Virus record (IMG/VR): IMGVR_UViG_3300042008_000003
Location: 23,841 to 87,840 of that record
Strand: one strand, 5' to 3'
DNA: 64,000 bases
DNA from: a virus
The number at the start of each line of letters is the position of its first letter. The first letter of the stretch is position 1. The translations under genes and the position numbers were made by a program. Below, in pieces: positions 48,263-58,888 of this stretch. The notes beneath the pieces are model-generated. The model did not search any database, was not told the origin of the DNA, and was given only the letters and a program-made list of their open reading frames with translations.

Positions 48263-49237
48263 TCATTGCAAAATCTCCTTATTAACACTGTCAAGTAATT
48301 TATTCAACTGAGCCAAAGCACTACGTTTACTAGTCTCAGACTTCACCTTAACATCCATTGTATTTACATAATTAATGCAAGTCTTGACACCAGCACTCAC
48401 TTCAGATAGTAGCACAGAAGATGCGCCAGAATTACGAAAGTGAAGATTATAACCCACTTGAATCAAATCTTCAATCCATTGCTTATCTTCCTTGTAAATA
48501 TTCTCAAGGTATTCAAACGATCCTTTAAACTCACCCCGAGTTTTAGGAACAAGATTCTTCCCAATGAGATATTTACCGAAGGCTGTCACATACTCAAGAC
48601 CAGAATGAGTGGAATTACTCCAGACCTTCTTACCTTCTGTTTGTGAATAACTCAAACCTTCTTTGAATTCCATACCAAGGCTTTCAAACTTCTTAGCCAA
48701 CAATGATGCTACAGCATTTGAACGAGAATAGCTGTACAAAGGAACGTCAGAACGTCCCGTAAGAAATCCTGCAACAATGTAAGGATTACCTGAATCTTGA
48801 CGAATGTGACTACGATCAATCAGCAGAGGTTCTGAATATGTCAATTCCTCTTTGTATTGAGCTTTCCATTTCTGAATAAACTTACGGTATGCAAATTCTT
48901 CTTCCAAAGAATCCCAAGTACGTTCGTCCTCATCTGCCCCATCAAAAGTGTTATAAGTGCTGAGCTTTTCAAGCTGTTCTTGATACTCCCCAACAGAAAT
49001 ACTCTCACCTTCGTCAGAACGATACTCAATAAGAACGTTTGTGGTATTGATAGAGCGAACATTCTCAACATCTTTAGCTGCAATCTGGTGTTTATTGTTG
49101 TAAGAGCCGTAGCCAGTATTACTGACAACTTCACCATCCACAAGGAAGTTGCCATATGGAAGCTCAACGATGTTTACGCCAAGATCATCAATAGAAATTA
49201 CTTTCAATACTTGTGTTACTGATTGTGGTACGCTCAT
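48263..49237 (-). CDS. hypothetical protein
   Basis: 324-aa ORF, GAGGAG RBS. Confidence 0.8.
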   Translation of the reverse strand: MSVPQSVTQVLKVISIDDLGVNIVELPYGNFLVDGEVVSNTGYGSYNNKHQIAAKDVENVRSINTTNVLIEYRSDEGESISVGEYQEQLEKLSTYNTFDGADEDERTWDSLEEEFAYRKFIQKWKAQYKEELTYSEPLLIDRSHIRQDSGNPYIVAGFLTGRSDVPLYSYSRSNAVASLLAKKFESLGMEFKEGLSYSQTEGKKVWSNSTHSGLEYVTAFGKYLIGKNLVPKTRGEFKGSFEYLENIYKEDKQWIEDLIQVGYNLHFRNSGASSVLLSEVSAGVKTCINYVNTMDVKVKSETSKRSALAQLNKLLDSVNKEILQ

Positions 49238-49400
49238 TACTGATTCTCCTCTTTAAGCCTTTCAAGAATTTGATGAAAAATATCTGTCCCTGCGAACCAC
49301 TCTTTAGTGTTCTCTACATTCAGACCTTCATAGTCCAAACCTTCCCACATTTGGCTTAGTTCCTCATCCAGAAGTTCTTGAATGGAATTACAAACTCTCA

Positions 49401-49691
49401 TCACATATTCCCCTTGTACAATGGGTCAGCCAAATAAATCTCTTCTGGTGCATCAGGCCACTCTTCACGCAATGCATCGAAGTCCCCTTCATTCCAGCAG
49501 CGTAGGAATTCTAGAGGCTCTTGATTGTAACCTTTACAAAGCATGTAATCAATCACAGCATTGTAAGTGGCTTCTGTCTTACCCAACTCATCAAGAGCTT
49601 CTGTGTGTAGACTAAAGAACATATCGTCATCCGGTCCACCAGCCTCAACAAGCTTGTGGATTTCTTCTTCACTCATGTCTAGGTAGTTCAT
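49401..49691 (-). CDS. hypothetical protein
   Basis: Coupled ORF. Confidence 0.6.
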   Translation of the reverse strand: MNYLDMSEEEIHKLVEAGGPDDDMFFSLHTEALDELGKTEATYNAVIDYMLCKGYNQEPLEFLRCWNEGDFDALREEWPDAPEEIYLADPLYKGNM

Positions 49692-49984
49692 TCTTCAATC
49701 TCTATTCCCAAAAGTTTCATAGCTTTATGTTTCCCATCAATCCAATATTGATTCTCAGGATCGCCTTCATTGATTTCATCTTCTTCAACGTACCAACGAA
49801 GCATCTCCTCAAGATCATCAATCCGGTTCAGCATAGCTGCTGTCAGATTATCACCAATCATGTTCTGCCAAAACTCACCGTGTCGATAAGCCTTTAGAGA
49901 GCTTCCATCATGAGCTGCTTGAACTTCGTATTTACCATCATCAAATGCGTACTTTTTGATTTCCATCACATTTCTCCTCACCAA
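49688..49984 (-). CDS. hypothetical protein
   Basis: ORF; true start probably a few codons downstream (GAGGAG RBS). Confidence 0.6.
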   Translation of the reverse strand: MVRRNVMEIKKYAFDDGKYEVQAAHDGSSLKAYRHGEFWQNMIGDNLTAAMLNRIDDLEEMLRWYVEEDEINEGDPENQYWIDGKHKAMKLLGIEIEE

Positions 49985-50027
49985 TTAATTTCAATACGAT
50001 CAATAATACTCGTAAAATTCTGTGCAG

Positions 50028-50444
50028 TCAAGGCATTTTGATTTCAAGACCTTTGTCTGTCAGGTAGTACATTGTAGGCTCATCGGACTCTTCATAAAGC
50101 TCATAGCCGATGAACTGTTTATCTGAATTCTGTTCAGCATACGGAGCAACCCAGTCAAAGAAAGATTCGATTTCTCCCTCGTAATTTTTAAGGTCACTCC
50201 GGTTCAACAGAAACCATTGCTTTGCAATATCATCATACCAAAATTTACCAACGCAGCTAGGCATATGGTAGTAGGAGCTGCAACGGAGCATGAAGCACCA
50301 ACGAGCTTTTGTGAACAGCCCGTGATCTGGTAATGTTTCAGGATCTTCTTTTTCACCCATCATTGCAGCGATTGTGTCAATCACGCTTTGTGGAGTCTCT
50401 GGTTTAAAGCTAATTTTTACGTAAATTTCTGTGTACATACCCAT
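50028..50444 (-). CDS. hypothetical phage protein
   Basis: GGGAG RBS; MGMYTE start; first gene after the leftward promoter. Confidence 0.75.
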   Translation of the reverse strand: MGMYTEIYVKISFKPETPQSVIDTIAAMMGEKEDPETLPDHGLFTKARWCFMLRCSSYYHMPSCVGKFWYDDIAKQWFLLNRSDLKNYEGEIESFFDWVAPYAEQNSDKQFIGYELYEESDEPTMYYLTDKGLEIKMP

Positions 50445-50478
50445 GTTGTCTCTCCCATCTATTGATTAACGTAGACCA

Positions 50479-50571
50479 AGATTATACCCCATCCCCATAC
50501 CTGTCAACACTCCTATGCAAAATAATTTCTCTAAATTTCCTCTTGACTCCTGTTGGTTTGTTGGGTACTAT
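50479..50571. promoter_or_regulatory. back-to-back divergent sigma70 promoters at the strand switch
   Basis: Minus strand: TTGACA at 50507 with TATAAT/TAATCT; plus strand: TTGACT-17-TACTAT (50543-50571). Confidence 0.7.
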
Positions 50572-50803
50572 GAGGGCTGTTGGATAAATTGATGAGGAGA
50601 ATTTTTATGGAAGACAAGAAAACAGTATACGCTTTCAACAAAGGTGACTTGAAGGATCTTTTTGAGTCAATGTCCTATGATGGCTGGATTCACCTACCTC
50701 TGTACATCTATGAACGGTTGCAAGAGGAAAGTTTTAAAGATAAAGCTTGGAAAAAGACTTGTGAAGACAACGGCTGGCAGTTTCCCACAAAGGAGAATAT
50801 GAA

Positions 50804-51013
50804 ATGAAACGAGAAATTGAATACTGGTACAACACTGTTGACCAAAGCTGTGGTTGCTGTCACATGAGCTTTTCTGAATACTCTGTGTGGGAAGATGGGA
50901 TTTTGGTCACAGATGACTATAGCATTGAAGTATGTGAGAATGAAGAGGATCTGAGAAAATATCTGGCTCACCTAGAACCTTTCAGTGTTTCTCCTAATAG
51001 TCGGTGGTTTTGA
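50804..51013 (+). CDS. hypothetical Cys-containing protein
   Basis: Coupled ORF, CGCC. Confidence 0.55.
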   Translation: MKREIEYWYNTVDQSCGCCHMSFSEYSVWEDGILVTDDYSIEVCENEEDLRKYLAHLEPFSVSPNSRWF

Positions 51014-51015
51014 TT

Positions 51016-51207
51016 ATGAAACAAATCACAGCAGAAGATGTTCGCAAGCTTCGTGAGGAGACTGGTGAAGGACTGATGGCTTGCAAGAAGATTCTTGAAG
51101 AAAGGTGTGCAGCGGAAGACAAGCAAGAGATTATTAATATACTTTATAAAATGGAGTTTAGTGAAGATATGTTAAAAGTGCTGGGTTATTTGGTGAGGAA
51201 AGCATAA
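51016..51207 (+). CDS. EF-Ts N-terminal (UBA-like) domain protein
   Basis: ITAEDVRKLREETGEGLMACKKIL matches the EF-Ts consensus ITA..VK.LRE.TG.GMM.CKKAL. Confidence 0.75.
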   Translation: MKQITAEDVRKLREETGEGLMACKKILEERCAAEDKQEIINILYKMEFSEDMLKVLGYLVRKA

Positions 51208-51491
51208 TGAACAATCTTAAAGCTTGGCACGTTACACATCTACACGCAGGAAAGAAATACTGATCTGTTGTCTTGAGTAAGTCTCGATACCTAGCCTCAA
51301 CATATGTTGAAGGTGAGGTGCTGAATGTAGAAGAATCTTGGGGTAAACCTATCCGTGAAGGTGGTATCATTAGTAGCAGTGGTTGGGCTATGTATTTCTT
51401 TGACAACCACACAAAGAAAGATTATGAAGTGAGTGATGAGTGGAAACAATACTTGATTCGTAGGAATTTTGATGATGGGGTCGAGGATTAA
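51207..51491 (+). pseudogene. ORF interrupted by a single in-frame TGA
   Basis: ATG 51207 is coupled to the upstream TAA; TGA at 51261; same frame continues to TAA 51491. Confidence 0.55.
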
Positions 51492-51493
51492 CT

Positions 51494-51810
51494 GTATGGC
51501 TTTTATACCCACAGACGTTGGGCATTTTAACCCCATGGCTCGTGGGTATAAACACCTCAATAGTTATATTGAATAAAATAGATAGAAGTAATAAGATTGA
51601 AAAGAAAAGAAGAGTGAAATTTAAGATCGGAGTAAGGCATGAGCAAAGCGAAGATCTTTTTCTTTTGATTGCATATCAGCATTATTTTACTTGTGCAAGG
51701 CTTTAGATTGTTGTATGATTCACCATTGTTTGGTGCAAGAACGAAGTGAAGAGATATAAATAAGCCGTGGGTATTTTAACCCTACGGTATAGGTACAGAA
51801 TCCTTACGGA
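51494..51810. repeat. iteron-like repeats and AT-rich tract (candidate replication origin)
   Basis: GGGCATTTTAACCC/GGGTATTTTAACCC and related copies at 22-24-bp spacing; 11-bp inverted repeat TTTATACCCAC/GTGGGTATAAA. Confidence 0.45.
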
Positions 51811-51818
51811 GAAATAAA

Positions 51819-51944
51819 ATGAGTCTTTTTGTCCCAAAACACCTACTTATGTGGATAGATCAGAATCGTGGAACCCAGTCACGGCAGTCATTTATCCTAC
51901 AGTGTGTTTTCAAAATTATGGAGGAACCAGTGAATAATAAATAA
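51819..51944 (+). CDS. ribbon-helix-helix-like small protein (not in ORF track)
   Basis: GGAG RBS; MSLFVPKHLLMWIDQNRGTQSRQSFILQCVFKIMEE fits the beta-helix-G.SR-helix pattern. Confidence 0.55.
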   Translation: MSLFVPKHLLMWIDQNRGTQSRQSFILQCVFKIMEEPVNNK

Positions 51945-52005
51945 AATCAATTAGTATATAAAAGATAATAGAAAATGAAAAGAACTTTAAGTACTGGAGT
52001 AATAT

Positions 52006-52473
52006 ATGAAAGACAATTCAAATCAATTTTTAATGGTTCCCTATAATCTACTAAGTGCAGCTGGATACGTAAAACCTGATGGCGAGTGCAAAAAGATGAA
52101 CTTGACAGACAAGATTATCTATGCACACATTCGTAACCGTTTTCAATTCTTTAAAAGTTTAGGTAAAGAATACTTTGACACACAGCAAGCTATTGCCTCT
52201 GTGTGCAATATGGATATTAAGGCTACCGGAAACATCCTACGTAAGTTTATTAAAGAAGACTTGACAAAAATATACAAAAAACCTTACGGAAACTTTGTCA
52301 AGAATGTTTACATTGATGTGCCGCCCTTACATCTTTGGTGGAAAGACAAGCCTGTTAGCGCAATATTTATTGACGATTATGAATACAAAACACCAGAAGA
52401 TTTTGTTGACAACCTTCCTGATGTGAATTACTATCCTGAAAGTGTTTTCAAAGCGGACGATTTGGAGTATTAA
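52006..52473 (+). CDS. winged-HTH DNA-binding protein (replication-initiator-like)
   Basis: FLMVP...LTDKIIYAHI...YFDTQQAIASVCNMD.KA...ILRKF. Confidence 0.6.
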   Translation: MKDNSNQFLMVPYNLLSAAGYVKPDGECKKMNLTDKIIYAHIRNRFQFFKSLGKEYFDTQQAIASVCNMDIKATGNILRKFIKEDLTKIYKKPYGNFVKNVYIDVPPLHLWWKDKPVSAIFIDDYEYKTPEDFVDNLPDVNYYPESVFKADDLEY

Positions 52474-52675
52474 AATGACCAAACAAGAACTAAAACAATT
52501 TGACGAATCCTACAAATGGTGGGCTGACTTTCTAGCTGCTCGTAGGGAAGCTATCCATGCTATGCATCGTCTAGGTAAATCGTTTGAGGATATTCAATCG
52601 ACTTTAAGTCTTACCTATCCAGAACACGCTAAGGCTATTTGGACTGGTACAAGCTCTATTCATGAGGAAGAATAA

Positions 52676-52903
52676 ATGAAATCTAATATGAGTGTAGCTG
52701 TAAAGTTTCTTGCTGGCACATCTATTGAGCAAGCTGTTGAAGAAGCTAAGATTAAAGCATCCGATTGGTCAGTGGCCTATATCACTTTTGACTTTAATGG
52801 TGTTAAGATGAACATTAGGTCAAACACAAGTCTTATTGAAGCTGTGGATAAATTCCATGAAGAGTTGCAGTCAGGAAAAGATCATAAATTTGTATGTTGT
52901 TAA
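52676..52903 (+). CDS. hypothetical protein
   Basis: GAGG RBS. Confidence 0.6.
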   Translation: MKSNMSVAVKFLAGTSIEQAVEEAKIKASDWSVAYITFDFNGVKMNIRSNTSLIEAVDKFHEELQSGKDHKFVCC

Positions 52904-53213
52904 TCAAGCTCTAAATAACCGTATAAATCAAAATTATTCTAGGATTTATGCGGTAAAATATACCCTAGAAGCCTTGCAAAGCTATTCTCTGTGGGATAGA
53001 CTGTGTTGGTCAATTAAACGTATTTGGGAGGTGTGAAATGAGCAGGAAAGAAGAACTAATCGAGTGGTATAAAGATGCCTTTGATTACTATGGTGAAGCC
53101 CTACAAGAAACTGTATCAGATTATTGGCAAGAGAAATATGGTGATGATTCTTGGGAAGAGTTTCATAGCTTAGATGGAAAGCTTAAAGTTAAATTCTATT
53201 ATGAAGGAGAAGA

Positions 53214-53600
53214 ATGATGAATCCAGAATATAAAATTAAGTACGCAATCCTTTCTCTTGATTTTGCTTGGGATGAAAAAGAAATTCCAAATAATCTGACA
53301 GAAGAACAGATTGAAGAGTTGTGGGATGAAGCTGAATGTCTTACAGACGCTAAGAGCGAGATTCGTTGTTCAGGTATTCCCACAGGGCTTCCTTGTGATT
53401 ACTCTCGACATTACGAATCAGAAGCTGTAGCTATTCAATGTCCAAATGGTGAATGGGTTGGATTTACCTATTGGTCAGGTGGTGGTAAGTGGGGTGAACC
53501 AGACGCAATTGATTGGATTCAAGACGCATATGATGTAGACTGTGTATCTGAGGAAAAGCTTGTGATGGTACACACATTCAGTAAGAAAGATTCAGAATGA
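53214..53600 (+). CDS. hypothetical phage protein
   Basis: AGGAG RBS; SRHYESEAVA...WVGFTYWSGGGK.GEP. Confidence 0.75.
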   Translation: MMNPEYKIKYAILSLDFAWDEKEIPNNLTEEQIEELWDEAECLTDAKSEIRCSGIPTGLPCDYSRHYESEAVAIQCPNGEWVGFTYWSGGGKWGEPDAIDWIQDAYDVDCVSEEKLVMVHTFSKKDSE

Positions 53601-53779
53601 CTCAGCTAAGTCAATGCCAAGGCACATCCTGCCCCGTAAAACATAAATGTCAACGCTACCTACAAACCCCTCTTGTGAAATATCAGAGTTACTTATGCAT
53701 GATTGTAGCTTGTAAGGATATGAACGAGAATGGGTGTAAATTCTTTATAGAGAGTGAGGAGAAAGAGAATGCAGACTGA
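53597..53779 (+). CDS. small Cys-rich hypothetical protein
   Basis: CQGTSCPVKHKCQRY. Confidence 0.6.
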   Translation: MTQLSQCQGTSCPVKHKCQRYLQTPLVKYQSYLCMIVACKDMNENGCKFFIESEEKENAD

Positions 53780-54000
53780 ACTAGAAAGGCTTCGTCAAGA
53801 AAATCAACTACTTCGTAATGCATTCAGTAGTGATTTTGACCTAGATGCATGGTTAGATTGGAAAGTGCAAGTCAAGGAGCTTATCAAGAAAACAAAGTAC
53901 AACGAGTGCCTTTCTTGTGCAGAAGATGCAGAGGCTTTAGGTGCCCAACATGTTGCGGATTATTTGAGAAATTATGCAGAAAATAGGCTAATAGTAATCC

Positions 54001-54029
54001 TTGACACACCCCTAAAAACCACCTAAGCT
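54001..54029 (+). promoter_or_regulatory. sigma70-type promoter
   Basis: TTGACA-17-TAAGCT. Confidence 0.6.
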
Positions 54030-54047
54030 ATCCCTACACACAGAATA

Positions 54048-55481
54048 TTGAGGAGAGATGTTATGAAAATTGGTGATGAAGTACTGGTTGTAGCTAAATA
54101 TTTACCTTCGTGCTGTCTAATTGGTACGATTATACGTATCGAAAGTGAAACATTAACACCTTACGTGGTACAATTTGATATTGATGGCTACATAGATCAT
54201 GATTATTTTCAAAAAGACGAATTGGAGCTAGTGCCATGAAACAACCACGTAAATCAGCCACTGTGTCCGTCAAAGCATCTCAACAACAAATCCTAGATGC
54301 ACAGAAATGGCTACAGTTTGTAGCCCATTGCCAAATTGCATGGCAAGATCTTTCACCAGCTTGGCAAGAGTTTTATTTTGCTATGGGAACGACAGAATGC
54401 ACTTCTGATGAACTGAACAGTCTTATTACGATTGCTATTGAAGGAGATAAAGAATGAACATTGATCTTGGTTGGCTCGGTAAAGTTGTACTGCAAGAACT
54501 TGAAACACCTTGGCTTGAATCAGACCACGGGGAAGTTTTCGAGATTACACACGATGGATACACAGAATCAGGCATCCGTGTTCACGCTGTCCTTGATAGA
54601 CACACCCACCGAACTTACCCAACAATTTGGAATAACGCTATATTGATTAAGGACTGGATGCAATGAAATTCTTAATCTGTTTCTTCAAACCTTGTGATAA
54701 AGTTATTGAAGCCAGCGTAGAAACTCATGTATACTGGTCTTGTTCACGCTGTTCCAACGATAATTACAGAGATAGATAACCATGAACATCCTACAATTAC
54801 GTGACACACTTCGCCAAGCAGAACAAGCATACGCTAAAGCTAAAACTAGCTTGGACGGGAGTGTAGAACTGATTAATGCAAAGTCAGCTTTGAAAGATGC
54901 AAGGTTTAATTATGCAGAGGCTTGCCAAGATGTTGTTGAAGAGATGATAATGATGGGGGAATTGAAATGAATCCTAAATATTCAGAAGGGGAATCTGTTA
55001 TTTTACAAAGTGTATCTTCACCAGAAAGTAATGGTGAGTATACAATTCGTCAAGTAGTAAAAGAAGGTGAAATGTACAAGTGTAGGTATGCTGGATGGGA
55101 AGTTATTAATGCTGAGGGCTTAGGCTATATTCTTGAGGAAATTATAGATGTTTCACAAGCTGATGATGGTACACCCATTGAAGGTATGTGGGCAGAGTCA
55201 GCCTTACGCAAAAAACACGAACCTTCACAAATGTCTTTCCAATCTCTTATCCAAAGTGTCAACAGTCCAGTGAAACAAGAGAGTTAGCCATGAAACTCCT
55301 AAAAGATATAACAACAATATTCATTATTCTATTCACATCTATCATAGCCTTGGGAGCAATTGTTGTTCTCTTTAAGGCTATTTTTGGTTCAATGGCTAAT
55401 CTATTTGTGTGTATTGTGCTTGTGTTGGTGGTGAGTGTGGTGTATTCTCTTGGAAGGTTGATTGTTAGGGAATATAAGTGA
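54048..55481 (+). other. run of small, tightly coupled hypothetical early genes
   Basis: ORFs at 54048, 54236, 54454, 54782, 54967 and 55188 (the last with TM segments), with RBSs or overlapping stop-starts. Confidence 0.6.
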
Positions 55482-55837
55482 TGGACATTCAGTATTGTTT
55501 GGAGAAGGCTAAGACAATCCCTTTCGTTAAGGGACAGAAGCGTTTGTGGACAATAATTCTTGACAAACGCAACAGATTAGTCAGCGAATCAGGAAATAGC
55601 TATTCTCAAACACATACGCAAATGTTTCATTATGCTAGACGTACAGGTACACCAAATAAATGTTACCTTCACTCAGAGATTGCAGCTTTGCTAAAAGATC
55701 GTAACAGAAAAGGTTGCAAGATCATTACAGGACGTGTAGACTCTTTGGACAAGGCTTGCTTGGCAGCACCTTGTCTAGCCTGTCAGCTTGCAATTAAAGA
55801 GTTTACTAACATAAAATCCGTGGAGTATTCGTTATGA
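55478..55837 (+). CDS. cytidine/dCMP deaminase-fold protein
   Basis: HSE...PCxxC zinc motif (LHSEIAAL...APCLACQ). Confidence 0.75.
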   Translation: MMDIQYCLEKAKTIPFVKGQKRLWTIILDKRNRLVSESGNSYSQTHTQMFHYARRTGTPNKCYLHSEIAALLKDRNRKGCKIITGRVDSLDKACLAAPCLACQLAIKEFTNIKSVEYSL

Positions 55838-56141
55838 AACTATCTTTTGAAGAGATTGAAGAGCTACTAAGCCTTTTACCTTTTGTTGCTGTAGAGTTGT
55901 GGGGAAATTCTGGACACGTTTTACAAGAACGAGCTAAGAAATTAAGTAAAACTATCGAAGATCGTCGTCTTTCAAATAGTTCAACTGGAGAAGCTTAATG
56001 ACTCCCCTAAAATCCCTAAAACAAATTCTCCAAGAACATCTAGAAGTGTGTCAAGAAAGCGAAGCATACAAAGAGAGCATTTGTGATCCTCAGATGCAGT
56101 CACGTCAGACATCAATGAGCTTGATTTTAGGAGTGGAATGA

Positions 56142-57966
56142 ATGACACGTAAAATTATTCAAATCTGTATGACAGGGGTTGAGAATGTACAAGAAACTCA
56201 GTGCAATTTCGTGATGACGGCCTTGTGCAATGACGGTACGGTGTGGAATCGTTACGGCCACCAAAGTAATTGGCTTAGGATCGAGGATATACCACAAGAC
56301 TTGCGCAGAGAACCTTATGCGGATCTACCACCAACCATAGTACGGGGTTAATAAATGCACGACTTTTCAGATTATGACATTGATTGTGAAATTAGTGGCT
56401 ACGCAGAGTATAATAAAGATTACAATGACTATGTAGTGAAAGTTCAGTTCCTAGAGGCTGTTAGCCTTGTGTTCTTTACTAAAGAAGATTTGCTACATCT
56501 ATTGAAAATGCTAGAAGAAGGAGAAGACCGGTGATTATTTGGAATAGTTGTAAAGATGTTATGCCAGATACAGTTGGAGAGTACCTAATCTCTTATGACT
56601 ATCTTGGTCGCCAGTATTTGGATATCGCTTATATTGAGGATGATGTGTTTGTAATTGATGATAAAGAAGAACAGCCTGAGAATGTTACACATTGGTCAGA
56701 ACTTAACAAACCACTTGGAGTTGTGACATGCACAAACAATATACACTGGGAGATGTAGAGAAATTACAGGAATCCCTCAAAGAACGTGTATTTCTAAACA
56801 AATCACGTCAGGTATTTGAAGAGCTTTTACTAACCCGTTGGGAATACCATTGTGATCCAGATTTTGAAATCAATGAAGACACCGGTGAATACGAAGATGA
56901 GCTTGTGAGATTGGCTTGGATAGGTTATTATTTAGCTTGGAATAAGTGGAGTAAATAAATGAGTTACAAAATTGTTTGGCTTGAAGATCAACATGAGTGT
57001 GAGACCTGTGGTTATTCATATGCACAGGGTTATAAGATTTATAAAGATGACATTCTTGTGGTCGACAAAGAACCAGGTGCCTCATGTTTTAATTCTTTAA
57101 ATTATGATCATAGCAACGCAGCATTTGATATTCTGAATCTTGAGAGTATTCAGATTGAAATTGTAGACGGAGAAAATGAAGAATGAAATATTATGTCTAT
57201 ACTTATCGCCAATACAGTGAGTGTGATGTAAACACATTTGACACTAAAGATGAAGCCTTAGAATACGTAAGTAAACAAGATCCTGAAGACGGTGATGGTT
57301 GGTGTCAGATTATTCACGGGGAAGAGGTGAAATATCGCATCAAGCGTGTAGCTTATGAGGATCTGGAATGAAAACCCACTATGAAATTGTAATCTTTGAA
57401 GGTACTGAATCTGATCCAGAAGAATACTCACAGATTGCTTGTGGTATGCAGGTTGTTAATAAAATGACAAAGTATTCTGATCAAGTTACGTGTAAGAAAT
57501 GCTTGAAAGTCATTCAGAAGCGTGTTATAGCTAGTCTTGTAACCCTTGGTAATGATGGTATTGGTGGGGCCAAGATGACTAGTAATAAAGCAGAAAATTC
57601 AAAACTAATTCTTGAACTATTGGAAAGGAGTAAGCTAAAATGAACAGCACACAAATAGCTTGTATACAAAAACTTATCAACACTCTTCAGGAGTGTGAAG
57701 GCAACGGATTGACATTCTCTCATACATCCCTCCGATTAGATGTTGAAGATGATGAGAGTCATTATTTAAGTTATCTATCTGCCCAAAAGCTATTTGAACT
57801 TCTTGATTTTATTGATGGGTGCGGTGTGTTTAAGAATAAAAACGAGGATATTGTTAGGGATGCGCAATACCAAATCTTTTGTGATGATGGTAGTCGCGTG
57901 GGCGATAACATAGCCTATGCCGAATTTAAAAATAACGTGTTGACTAATATTGAAATTATAAAGTGA
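56142..57966 (+). other. run of small hypothetical early genes (56531..56758 DUF551-like)
   Basis: Coupled ORFs at 56142, 56531 (W.SCKD.MP...VTHW), 56728, 56959, 57183, 57368 and 57640. Confidence 0.6.
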
Positions 57967-58522
57967 AGAATTAAAATCCTAAACCTCCAGCAATGCGGCA
58001 ATGTAGATCAGTAAAAAAGCTGACTTTAATAACATGGAAATCTATCAAAGACTGACTACCAATAGATATTATTGTGTTGAGCAGTCTTTTTCTTTTGGGT
58101 ATTATTAATCCATCGAAAGCAGACAATCATTGAGGAATTCAAAATGACAAACTTCAAATTCTATGTTCAATCCAAGATTGGTGCTGTCAAAGGTAAAGAC
58201 GGCCTGAACTATGACACTTGGAGCTTTGATACTAAAGACCAAGCACAAGCCGATAAGAAGATGCAAGACTTGATTCGTAAAGAAGGGCTTGATCCAAGCC
58301 GTGTTAAGAAGGAAGTTTAAATGAAATACACTTGGTCATCAAACATCCTATCCCAACTAAAAGACAGCGGCTTCACTGTCCACAAAGACTTGAAAGAGAA
58401 TCAATGGGGAGTCTACAATGATAGTAACAAGGATAGTAATTCTCTATTGATTCGTTCACGTTCATTAGGGGATCTTATGAGAGTGGCGAGTAAAGAGTTT
58501 GGATTAAAGTGAAAAGAAAGGG

Positions 58523-58550
58523 TTGACAGGTGTTCTGTGTGGAGTATACT
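58523..58550 (+). promoter_or_regulatory. sigma70-type promoter
   Basis: TTGACA-16-TATACT. Confidence 0.6.
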
Positions 58551-58597
58551 TAAGCCATAGGAAAGGAAAAGCCTTTCTAAAGATAGGAATCACAGCC

Positions 58598-58888
58598 ATG
58601 AAATGCTCAATCGAAGACAAACGCAAAATCCTCGACTCTGCCAACGGACGTATCTTTTCTTGTGTTTTTATAAAGAAAGATGGTAGTATGCGCGAGATGA
58701 CAGCTAAAGCTTGGATGGAAAAATCTTTCACGTATGGCTCTGCCAATGCACGGGCTAATACAGTGGCAGCACGTCCAGAATATTACACTGCTGCTGAGAT
58801 TGGTTCTGGTGAGTTTAGGAATATTAATTTGTCAAGCATGATTGAAGCTAAAGTTAATGGTGTTTGTTATAAATTTGGAGAAGAGTGA
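58598..58888 (+). CDS. SH3/WYL_2-like small protein
   Basis: FSCVFIKKDGSMREM...FRNINL; start moved to ATG 58598. Confidence 0.55.
   Translation: MKCSIEDKRKILDSANGRIFSCVFIKKDGSMREMTAKAWMEKSFTYGSANARANTVAARPEYYTAAEIGSGEFRNINLSSMIEAKVNGVCYKFGEE

Noticed and set aside
51494-51810. CRISPR-like or guide-RNA array
   Set aside because: Units are few, short and degenerate, with no regular repeat-spacer pattern; they fit protein-binding sites better.
50804-57186. Paralogy between 50804..51013 and 56959..57186 (W...CxxC..S...Y...D.ILV.D)
   Set aside because: Suggestive, but too short and divergent to support without a profile search.
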